Positions 7,891 to 16,152 of a stretch of DNA of 64,000 nt are shown here, in pieces; position 1 is the stretch's first letter, and every line of letters starts with the position of its first letter. The notes below the pieces were generated by a model that saw only the letters and a program-made list of their open reading frames with translations, was not told the origin of the DNA and made no database searches. The stretch comes from Bacteroidales bacterium (GTDB lineage Bacteria > Bacteroidota > Bacteroidia > Bacteroidales > UBA932), in contig SUYL01000037.1 of assembly GCA_015060445.1 (NCBI GenBank), positions 1,577 to 65,576 of the forward strand, written 5' to 3'. Both the position numbers and the translations under genes were made by a program.

Positions 7891-8992
7891 TATGCTAAAA
7901 GACAAGGTTCGCGGGTCTCTTATGGCGGGTGCTGCAGGAGATGCCCTAGGTTATAAAGTGGAGTTTTGGAGCAGGAAAGCAATCCTGAAGCAGTATGGAG
8001 AGAGGGGGATTGTAAAGTTTGAGTTGGATAAAGGGTGTTATCTTGAGGAGGGTACCGGTAAGGCCCTTATCAGTGATGATACCCAGATGACCCTCTTTAC
8101 TGCAAATGGGCTCCTGAATGCAGTCACTTCAAGGGAGACACCCAAGTATGCTATAGCAAAGGCATACATCGAATGGCTGTTGACACAGGATTACACCCGC
8201 AAAAAAATGGCGAAGAGTTGCTGGATCAGTGGAGATGAAAGATTGTATGATAGGAGGGCTCCGGGAAATACATGTCTCAGTGCTTTGGATTCAATTATTA
8301 GAGGAAGGGATGCCTCCAATAGCAGCAAAGGATGTGGTGGTATTATGAGGGTAGCACCTGTGGGGTTGTATGGTGCTGTCGGGAATAGAATGACAGCACT
8401 TGAGGTGGCGCAATTGGCAGGTGATGCTGCAGAGATTACACATCAGCACCCTTTGGGGTTTCTTCCTGCATCATTGTTGGCAGTGCTGGTATATAAAGTT
8501 GTACCTCAGACTCCTCAATATGTGCAGGAGAATATGGATACTATTGTTGAAGAGGTTCTTGCCCTGCTTGATGAGGTTTACAAAGGGGAATATGAGGCCT
8601 CCAAAAATGATTTGCGCCAAATGAGTTTGAAAGCCATTGCTTTGGCCCATTCCAATACTCCCGACGAAGAGGCAATTCTCCAACTGGGGGAGGGATGGAC
8701 AGCAGAGGAGGCATGGACCATTTCCCTTTTCTGTGCCATCCGCCATATAACCAGTGTGGAGGATGCAATTGCTGCAGCGGTGAACCATGATGGAGACAGT
8801 GACTCCACAGGCTCAATTACCGGAAATATCATGGGGGCAATTTACGGGTATGAACATTTGAAGGAATGCAATCTTTTCACTCCCGACGGTCATCTATTTG
8901 AAGAGACTCTTGAACTTTCAGATTTGATACTCGCCATTGCCGATGACCTTTCAACTGTTGGAGCACTGGATAAAAAACGGTACAAATTTTAA
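7883..8992 (+). CDS. ADP-ribosylglycohydrolase family protein (DraG/ARH-like)
   Basis: GSLMAGAAGDALGYKVEF, ISDDTQMTLF, AVNHDGDSDSTGSITGNIMGAIYG. The track ORF starts at 7793; the ATG at 7883 (MTDMLKDKVRGSL) fits the family N-terminus and overlaps the upstream stop. Confidence 0.85.
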   Translation: MTDMLKDKVRGSLMAGAAGDALGYKVEFWSRKAILKQYGERGIVKFELDKGCYLEEGTGKALISDDTQMTLFTANGLLNAVTSRETPKYAIAKAYIEWLLTQDYTRKKMAKSCWISGDERLYDRRAPGNTCLSALDSIIRGRDASNSSKGCGGIMRVAPVGLYGAVGNRMTALEVAQLAGDAAEITHQHPLGFLPASLLAVLVYKVVPQTPQYVQENMDTIVEEVLALLDEVYKGEYEASKNDLRQMSLKAIALAHSNTPDEEAILQLGEGWTAEEAWTISLFCAIRHITSVEDAIAAAVNHDGDSDSTGSITGNIMGAIYGYEHLKECNLFTPDGHLFEETLELSDLILAIADDLSTVGALDKKRYKF

Positions 8993-9018
8993 AGTGACTT
9001 GATAGAATTCCAGAATAG

Positions 9019-9061
9019 ATCTCTCTATTAGTATATACAAACCTAATAGAGAGATTTTTTT
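9019..9061 (+). terminator. Rho-independent terminator
   Basis: Perfect 13-bp stem ATCTCTCTATTAG (9019-9031) / CTAATAGAGAGAT (9043-9055), 11-nt loop, then a T6 run. Confidence 0.7.
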
Positions 9062-9691
9062 ATGAAACAGAGAATTTTCAATCTCGTCATTCTGGACGAG
9101 AGCGGATCAATGGGGAGCATTGAGAAGCAGGCGGTTGATGGTGTTAACGAGACAATCCAGACAATCCGCAAGGCACAAGAGAAGCATCCTGAGCAGGAGC
9201 ATTATATTTCTGTGGTTACATTTAATGATGATTCCAGAACTGTATATGATTGTGTTGCGGCAAATGAGGTCAAGGAGTTTGGCAGCAGTGACTATAATCC
9301 GGACTGTTGCACAGCCCTTTTTGATGCAATGGGTTTTTCGTTGAATGCCCTTAAACCTAAAGTGGCTGAGAATGACAAGGTCCTTGTTACCATAATCACC
9401 GACGGTATGGAGAACGCATCCAAAGAGTTCTCAAATGACGCAATCAGTACACTTGTAGATTCCCTTAAGGCCAGAGGATGGGTGTTTGCATATATTGGGG
9501 CAAACCAGGATGTTATGAAGGTGGCAGCCAGTATTTCAATTACTAATACCATGTGTTTCCACAGTACATGGGAAGGAACAGCGGCAATGAACAGTAGGGT
9601 GAGACGTAGCCGTGAAAGGATGTATGACAGGATGGCTGAAGATGATTTCAATCCGGTGGAGGCAAACAATACTTTTTTTGAGGAGGAATAG
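9062..9691 (+). CDS. vWA domain protein (~210 aa, complete MIDAS)
   Basis: LVILDESGSMGS (DxSxS), CTALFDAM (Thr), LVTIITDGMEN (Asp). Confidence 0.8.
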   Translation: MKQRIFNLVILDESGSMGSIEKQAVDGVNETIQTIRKAQEKHPEQEHYISVVTFNDDSRTVYDCVAANEVKEFGSSDYNPDCCTALFDAMGFSLNALKPKVAENDKVLVTIITDGMENASKEFSNDAISTLVDSLKARGWVFAYIGANQDVMKVAASISITNTMCFHSTWEGTAAMNSRVRRSRERMYDRMAEDDFNPVEANNTFFEEE

Positions 9692-9694
9692 ATA

Positions 9695-10867
9695 ATGAAG
9701 AAGAGAATTTCATTCAAACTTTTCCGTACTGTTGTCTGGAGGGGTTTGTGCCAGATGGCAGAATCTGTCGGGAAACTGTTTGGCTATAAGGGGGAGGGCT
9801 CTTTTGCCAAAGTTGTATGGAGGATTTTTGCGGGGTGTGGTGCCCTGTTGCTGCTGATGTTTACAAGTGTGATGCTGTATGGATTCATTACAGAGATTGT
9901 TATAGATGAATTTGCCGAGTCTGTGGGGTTGTGCAAGCGGGAGCCATGGAAGGAGATTCACATAAGCAATAATGTTGTGCATCAGAGGTTTTATAATGCA
10001 AAGTCGCGCCTGTATAATGAGGCAACCGGAAAAGTGATGATTGAAGGTTTGGATTGGGTTGTCACCTCAGATGACAAGGATTCCCTTGCCGTATTTGCAA
10101 AAGACGGCAAAAGGGGCTATGTAAACCGTTTTACCGGTGAGATTGCCATTCCTGCGCAATATACAAGGGCTTGGGTATTTTGTGAGGGGCTTGCGGCTGT
10201 GGAGAAGGATAGACAACTGATTTTTATAGACCATAGCGGCAATGTTGTAATTGACAAAGGTTTTGAGGTCTATTTCAATGATGATGCATACGGCTTTAAA
10301 AATGGATACTGTATAATAAGGGACAAGGTTACCGGAAAGTTTGGCCTTATAGACAGGAAAGGTGAATGGGTATTGGAGCCTGAGTTTGACAATATTCATC
10401 CTATGGATTCTTTTGTGAGAGTTTATAAAGATGACCTTGAAGGGTTGTATTCAATTAAGATGGAAGAGATGTTTGCTGTACAATATCAGGAAATATATAT
10501 GACAGACAGTACAATTGTTGCAAGAGGGACAGATGATATTGCCGCCATTTATGATCTGGAGGGGAATGTACTGCACCCAATGGTAATAGATGATGTTGAG
10601 GTGTTGGAGTACCCTACAAAGAAATATCATATAGTGCAGGATGAGGAGGAAGGTGAACTTATTGACCATGTGTATGCAGTTGCAAACTGCATGTCATATA
10701 AAGTGGGGGCAACTTATGCCAGGGGGCATTATGGTCTGCTGAGTCCCCAGGGGAAACGGCTTACTCCTCCAATCTACACAAAGATTGAGGCCATTGCCGC
10801 AAACAGATACTTGTGCCAGCCGCAAGGTGTGATACTTGATGATAATGGGAATCAGGTGAAACAATAG
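9695..10867 (+). CDS. WG-repeat (KWG-like) protein with N-terminal TM anchor
   Basis: Repeated units GKRGYVNRFTGEIAIPAQYTRAWVFCEGLAAVEKD and GKFGLIDRKGEWVLEPEFDNI. TM helix FAGCGALLLLMFTSVMLYGFI. Confidence 0.7.
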   Translation: MKKRISFKLFRTVVWRGLCQMAESVGKLFGYKGEGSFAKVVWRIFAGCGALLLLMFTSVMLYGFITEIVIDEFAESVGLCKREPWKEIHISNNVVHQRFYNAKSRLYNEATGKVMIEGLDWVVTSDDKDSLAVFAKDGKRGYVNRFTGEIAIPAQYTRAWVFCEGLAAVEKDRQLIFIDHSGNVVIDKGFEVYFNDDAYGFKNGYCIIRDKVTGKFGLIDRKGEWVLEPEFDNIHPMDSFVRVYKDDLEGLYSIKMEEMFAVQYQEIYMTDSTIVARGTDDIAAIYDLEGNVLHPMVIDDVEVLEYPTKKYHIVQDEEEGELIDHVYAVANCMSYKVGATYARGHYGLLSPQGKRLTPPIYTKIEAIAANRYLCQPQGVILDDNGNQVKQ

Positions 10868-10904
10868 CCACATTTTCATCTAAATTGGGTATTTTTTTAT
10901 ATTG

Positions 10905-10945
10905 TAGGGTGTAAAACTTTTATGTAGTTTTGCACCCTATTTTTA
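10905..10945 (+). terminator. Rho-independent terminator-like hairpin
   Basis: TAGGGTGTAAAAC (10905-10917) / GTTTTGCACCCTA (10927-10939), one G-U position, followed by TTTTTAT. Confidence 0.5.
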
Positions 10946-10959
10946 TAAGTATACCATAT

Positions 10960-13929
10960 ATGAGAAAATTATTTTTAGGAACTCTTATGTGTGCGGCATT
11001 ATTGGCCGCTTGTGGCATGGGCACGAGTGCAAATGCCCAGGAGCAGAATAAAAGTCTGCAGCCCAAGAGTGCAGTTAAGCCGGCCCTGGACCATTCGGTT
11101 TATGACAAGTGGGAGACACTTGGAGGCTATGCCATTACGGATAACGGCCAGTGGGCCGCATATTATTGCAACAGGGAGGAGAATGACGGTTCTGTGAATG
11201 TCATCAATCTTACAACTGAGAAAACCATAACCATCCCAAGGGGTGCAAGGATGAAGTTCTCACCTGAAGGGAATCATCTGGTTTTCACCATCAGGCCTAC
11301 CCATGCACAGCAGAAGGAGGCGAAACTGAAGAAACTCAAAGGGGACAAGGCTCCAAAGGATACTTTGGGTATCCTTGAACTTGCTACAGGAAATATTGTA
11401 AAGTTTCCGGCTCTCAAAGGGGTTGAGATTCCTCGCGAGGGGGGAAATTTCATTGCATTTAAAGTGGAGCACAAGGAGTCTCTTCCCGACAATAAAGAAG
11501 TGGCTGCCGGCGAAGGGAAAAAGAGTGCAAAGAAACAGCCTAAGCCAAAGACAGAGATTCTTACCATCATTTATGATCTTTCAACAAACTCTGTTGCCGA
11601 TACCCTCAAGGAGGTGGATGTCCTTTCATTCAACAAGAAAGGTGACCGTCTTTTCTGTATAGCAAAAGGGGATAAGTACAAGAAACTCTATTCTTACAAT
11701 CCTGCAACAAAATCTTCAGATGAGATTCTCCAGACAGGGAAGAAGGGTGAGATTATCAAACCTTATCTCTCAGCAAATGAGAAGTTCATAATCTTCTATG
11801 CCAATACAGATACTACCAGGAAGATTGATGAGAATGTTGAGATCTATACATTCAATATTTATGCTAAAGGGGCAAAGGCCCAGAAAGTTGTTGACAACTC
11901 AATGGCGGGCATCCCTGAGGGGATGAGGGTAACCCGTAACCGTGCCCTCAATACCAACAAGGCCGGCAGCCGTCTCTTCTTTGGAATTACAGTAATACCT
12001 CCACAGAAGGATACCACCATCAAGGAGGAGCAGGCCAAGGTGGATGTATGGCATTACAATGATGATTTCATCTCAACCCAGCAGTTGAACATGAGGGGTA
12101 TGCTCACCAAGAGAAGTTACCTCAGTACCATAGATTTGGATACAGTGTCCCATGCTGCGGCAAGAGAGGAACTTGTACGCTTGGCTCAGCCTGAGTATCC
12201 GAACATTACAGTACCTGCAGAGTGGAGCGCAGATTATGCCTACGCATTCAGCAGTGAGAGATACAACATTCAGAGCCAGTGGGATGCAAATCCAATCTGT
12301 GACCTTTACCTTATCTCTTTGAAGGACGGCTCTTCAAGAATGGTTGCTCAGAAGATTTATGCCAGCAATATAAGTGCATCTCCAAAAGGTAATTTCCTTG
12401 TATGGTACAATCCTGAGCAGAAACAGTTCTTCTCACTGGATATGCGCGTAGCAAACACAGAGAAAGGGGTTGGCATAAGCAATGTGGCTGAGCCGTTGGT
12501 TATTTCCAACGGAATCCATTTCCCTCTCTGGAAAGAGTCGCATGACAAGCCACAGATGGCCCCTGCATACGGCAATGGCGGCTGGAGTGCAGATGAGAGG
12601 ACTTTCTACGTATATGACAAATATGATGTATGGGAGGTTGACCCTCTTGTGCAGAAAGTTCCACAGATGCTTACCCAGGGATTGGGAAGGGAGAAAGGCT
12701 ATACCTTCAGGATGATGAGATGGGATGCCCTTCAGCTTCCCGACGGTACTCCAGGTATAAAGAAAGAACCTGTCGGGAAGAAGGACAATGTATATTTCAC
12801 AGCATTTGACAATAAATCAAAGGGCAACGGATATTATATGAGACAGAACCGCAGGGGCAAACTCCTCCCAATGAGGGAACTCATTATGGAGCCCGATTTT
12901 GCTTTGGGATATCTGAATAAGGCCAAAGATGCAAATGTGATCACTTATACAAAGAACAACTTTGTGGAGAGTACAAACATGTGGGTTACCAAAGACCTGT
13001 TCAAGACCTCAAAGAAACTTACCAATTCAAATCCGCAGCAGGCAGACTACAATTGGGGAACCTGTGAGTCTGTATATTGGACAGCCTTTGACGGACGCGA
13101 ACTTGAAGGTCTCCTTTACAAGCCTGAGAATTTTGATGCCAGCAAGAAATATCCTATGGTGGTTTATTTCTATGAGACATCCAGCCAGTACAAACATGCG
13201 TACCGCAAACCTGCTGTAAGCCGTTCTACAATAAATATCACATATTTTACCAGCAACGGGTACCTTGTATTTATGCCGGATATCCACTACACCGTAGGAC
13301 ACCCTGGAAAGAGTGCCTATAACTGTATAGTTTCCGGTGTTGAAGCCCTCTGCAAGAACTCTTGGGTTGACAGGGAGAACATTGCAATCCAGGGGCAGAG
13401 TTGGGGCGGATACCAGGTTGCATACCTTGTTACCCAGACAGATATGTTCAAATGTGCCGGTTCAGGTGCCCCTGTAGCCAACATGACCAGCGCATACGGT
13501 GGTATAAGATGGGGTAGCGGAGTTGTAAGACAATTCCAGTATGAGCATACCCAGAGCCGTATTGGCAAGACCCTTTGGGATGAGGGAGGCTTTGACCTTT
13601 ACATAGAGAACTCACCTCTTTTCTTCGCCGACAAGGTTAATACACCTCTGCTTATAATGCACAACGACAAGGATGAGGCAGTTCCATGGTATCAGGGCAT
13701 TGAGTACTTCACAGCATTGCGCAGACTTGGCAAACAGGTTTGGATGCTCCAGTATAACGACGAGAGCCACAATATAAGCAAGAGGGTGAATGCCCTTGAC
13801 TACACAATAAGATTGTCACAGTTTATGGACCACTTCCTAAAAGGGGCCCCTATGCCTGTGTGGATGAAATATGGAGTTCCGGCAACCCACAAGGGAATTG
13901 ATATGGGACTTGAACTGGTTGAAGAGTAA
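10960..13929 (+). CDS. S9-family (prolyl oligopeptidase / acylaminoacyl peptidase type) serine peptidase, lipoprotein signal
   Basis: Nucleophile elbow IQGQSWGGYQ, MHNDKDEAVPW (Asp), NDESHN (His). Signal MRKLFLGTLMCAALLAACG from the ATG at 10960 (track start 10930 is an upstream alternative). Confidence 0.85.
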   Translation: MRKLFLGTLMCAALLAACGMGTSANAQEQNKSLQPKSAVKPALDHSVYDKWETLGGYAITDNGQWAAYYCNREENDGSVNVINLTTEKTITIPRGARMKFSPEGNHLVFTIRPTHAQQKEAKLKKLKGDKAPKDTLGILELATGNIVKFPALKGVEIPREGGNFIAFKVEHKESLPDNKEVAAGEGKKSAKKQPKPKTEILTIIYDLSTNSVADTLKEVDVLSFNKKGDRLFCIAKGDKYKKLYSYNPATKSSDEILQTGKKGEIIKPYLSANEKFIIFYANTDTTRKIDENVEIYTFNIYAKGAKAQKVVDNSMAGIPEGMRVTRNRALNTNKAGSRLFFGITVIPPQKDTTIKEEQAKVDVWHYNDDFISTQQLNMRGMLTKRSYLSTIDLDTVSHAAAREELVRLAQPEYPNITVPAEWSADYAYAFSSERYNIQSQWDANPICDLYLISLKDGSSRMVAQKIYASNISASPKGNFLVWYNPEQKQFFSLDMRVANTEKGVGISNVAEPLVISNGIHFPLWKESHDKPQMAPAYGNGGWSADERTFYVYDKYDVWEVDPLVQKVPQMLTQGLGREKGYTFRMMRWDALQLPDGTPGIKKEPVGKKDNVYFTAFDNKSKGNGYYMRQNRRGKLLPMRELIMEPDFALGYLNKAKDANVITYTKNNFVESTNMWVTKDLFKTSKKLTNSNPQQADYNWGTCESVYWTAFDGRELEGLLYKPENFDASKKYPMVVYFYETSSQYKHAYRKPAVSRSTINITYFTSNGYLVFMPDIHYTVGHPGKSAYNCIVSGVEALCKNSWVDRENIAIQGQSWGGYQVAYLVTQTDMFKCAGSGAPVANMTSAYGGIRWGSGVVRQFQYEHTQSRIGKTLWDEGGFDLYIENSPLFFADKVNTPLLIMHNDKDEAVPWYQGIEYFTALRRLGKQVWMLQYNDESHNISKRVNALDYTIRLSQFMDHFLKGAPMPVWMKYGVPATHKGIDMGLELVEE

Positions 13930-13943
13930 TTAATAGCATATAT

Positions 13944-16130
13944 ATGAAAAAGACAATGAAATTGGCATTGGCTGTATGCTCTGCACTGTTTGTAATGGGC
14001 GGTAGCAGTTGCTGCAGCAATGCAGATACAACCCTGGCTGTGGTTGTAGATGAAAAGACTTATGCAGCCATTCCAGAGCAGATTGACGCTTATGTGAAAT
14101 CTGTAGACAATGACTACAGAAAGGGTGTTCTTGTGGTTGACAAATGGTTCAACCCGGATTCTATAAAGGCACACCTGTACAACATGTACACAAATGAGAA
14201 TCTTGAAGGTGCAGTATTCATTGGAGATATTCCAATTCCAATGTTGAGGGATGCCCAGCACTTTACAACAGCATTCAAGATGAACCAGAGAATGGATATG
14301 AAGAGATCATCTGTCCCTTCTGACCGTTTCTATGATGATTTTGACCTCAAATTCAAGTTCCTGAAGCAGGATGAGCAGAAGAAACTCTACTTCTACTATT
14401 CTCTCCTTGCAGACGGGGCACAGGAAATAGAGTGCGACATATATTCTGCAAGGATAAAGGCTCCTGAAGTGGAGAACAAATATGAACTCCTTGCAGCATA
14501 TCTGCAGAAGGCGGTTGCAGCAAAACAGGACTCAGCCCCAATGGACAAGATGCTTCATTTTGGAGGACACGGTTACAACTCTGAGAGTATGAACGCCCGT
14601 ATAGATGAGGCTGTTGCCTTTTCAGAGCATTTCCAGTTCCTTAACCGCAAGGGTGGGGACCTCGATTATATAGACTTTACATTTGACGAGTATGTGAAAA
14701 CCCGCCTGTTGGCTGCAGTGGCAGACAAGGAGTTGGATCTTGCTGTCCTTCACCACCACGGTGCAGATGATACCCAATATCTGAACGGCTCGCCATTTGT
14801 TGCTGATCCTACAGGATGGATTAATCTTGCAAGGAACTATTTCAGAGGCAAGGTGCGTTCTGCAAAGAATGCCGAGGTGACAAAAGCCCGTTTTGTAAAG
14901 AACTATGATATTCCAAGATCATGGGTAAATGACGCATTTGACCCTGCACGCATTCAGGAAGACAGCCTCCATGCAGCTTCTATGGATATTGTAATTTCAG
15001 ATCTTGAGGGTTACGAGTCAGGTGCCAGAATGATTATATTTGATGCGTGCTATAACGGCAGCTTCAACCAGGATGATTACATTGCCTGCCATTATATCTT
15101 TAATCCTGGAAATACAGTAGTTGTTAAAGGTAATAGTGTGAATACACTTCAGGATACCTGGACAACTGAACTTATAGGTCTGCTCAACTGGGGTATCTCT
15201 GCCGGAAACTGGGCAAAAGGGCAGATGACCCTTGAGTCACACCTTATTGGAGACCCTACTTTTGAGTTCGGTGCCCAGGATGTGGAGTATTTCAACAAGG
15301 GAGGATTCAATATCAATGAGGTGATTGCATCCAGAAAGAATGATGTAAGATATTGGAAAAAAGTCCTTGATGCCCCTGTGGATGATGAGTTGGTTTGTGA
15401 CTTCAAATCTCTGGCAATAAAGATGCTCTACAACAACAATGCAATAACTTCACAGGAGTTGCTCGATATCCAGAAAAACAGCAACAGCAAGGTGTTGCGT
15501 CTGGCTGCTTTCAATACCAACAGGAAAATTGCTGATGAGAATCTTCCAAAGGCAATTATCCTTGGATTGGCAGATGATTATGAACTTACACAGCGTCTTA
15601 GTGCAATGTATGTGGGCAAGAACTTCTCTGAGGAACTTATCCCTGCAGTTGTGAAGACCTATATGGACCCTATGACCTCTGCCCGTGTACTATTCCAGTT
15701 GAGTGGTAACCTTAAAGGTTATGATGCACAGAAACTCATTGCCCAGTTCAATAAGGAGAATCAGGCAAATCCTTATTGGGAGGGCCAGGAGGCTTTCGGG
15801 AAACTGATAAAGATGATAAACAATTATGACAAGTCGTTCCAGGAGGAGATTGCCGGTGTAATGGACGGAACAATGTCATTGAAGGAGCAGAAGAGTTTCG
15901 CCCGTGGGAGACGTAACGGCTGTGAGCCAAAATTGGTGGAGTCTTTGATGCACATTATAAAAACTGCCAAGGATGAGGAGTTGAAACTCACTGCAATTGA
16001 GGCTTTGGGATGGTATGAGTACTCATGTGTAAAGGATGACATCATTGCCCAGTGCCAGGCATTGTATGATGCAGAGGGTGATGGCGCAGCCAAGGATGAA
16101 CTTCTCAAGACCCTTAACAGATTAAAATAA
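13944..16130 (+). CDS. Lipoprotein with possible caspase-fold (clan CD, C25-like) domain and C-terminal HEAT-like repeats
   Basis: Signal MKKTMKLALAVCSALFVMGGSSC. His-Gly (LHHHGADD) and Ala-Cys (IIFDACYNGSF) dyad-like motifs. C-terminal repeats (LRLAAFNTNRK.., LKLTAIEALGWY). The function call is tentative. Confidence 0.55.
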   Translation: MKKTMKLALAVCSALFVMGGSSCCSNADTTLAVVVDEKTYAAIPEQIDAYVKSVDNDYRKGVLVVDKWFNPDSIKAHLYNMYTNENLEGAVFIGDIPIPMLRDAQHFTTAFKMNQRMDMKRSSVPSDRFYDDFDLKFKFLKQDEQKKLYFYYSLLADGAQEIECDIYSARIKAPEVENKYELLAAYLQKAVAAKQDSAPMDKMLHFGGHGYNSESMNARIDEAVAFSEHFQFLNRKGGDLDYIDFTFDEYVKTRLLAAVADKELDLAVLHHHGADDTQYLNGSPFVADPTGWINLARNYFRGKVRSAKNAEVTKARFVKNYDIPRSWVNDAFDPARIQEDSLHAASMDIVISDLEGYESGARMIIFDACYNGSFNQDDYIACHYIFNPGNTVVVKGNSVNTLQDTWTTELIGLLNWGISAGNWAKGQMTLESHLIGDPTFEFGAQDVEYFNKGGFNINEVIASRKNDVRYWKKVLDAPVDDELVCDFKSLAIKMLYNNNAITSQELLDIQKNSNSKVLRLAAFNTNRKIADENLPKAIILGLADDYELTQRLSAMYVGKNFSEELIPAVVKTYMDPMTSARVLFQLSGNLKGYDAQKLIAQFNKENQANPYWEGQEAFGKLIKMINNYDKSFQEEIAGVMDGTMSLKEQKSFARGRRNGCEPKLVESLMHIIKTAKDEELKLTAIEALGWYEYSCVKDDIIAQCQALYDAEGDGAAKDELLKTLNRLK

Positions 16131-16152
16131 ATAACCTGCAAAACCATATTTT

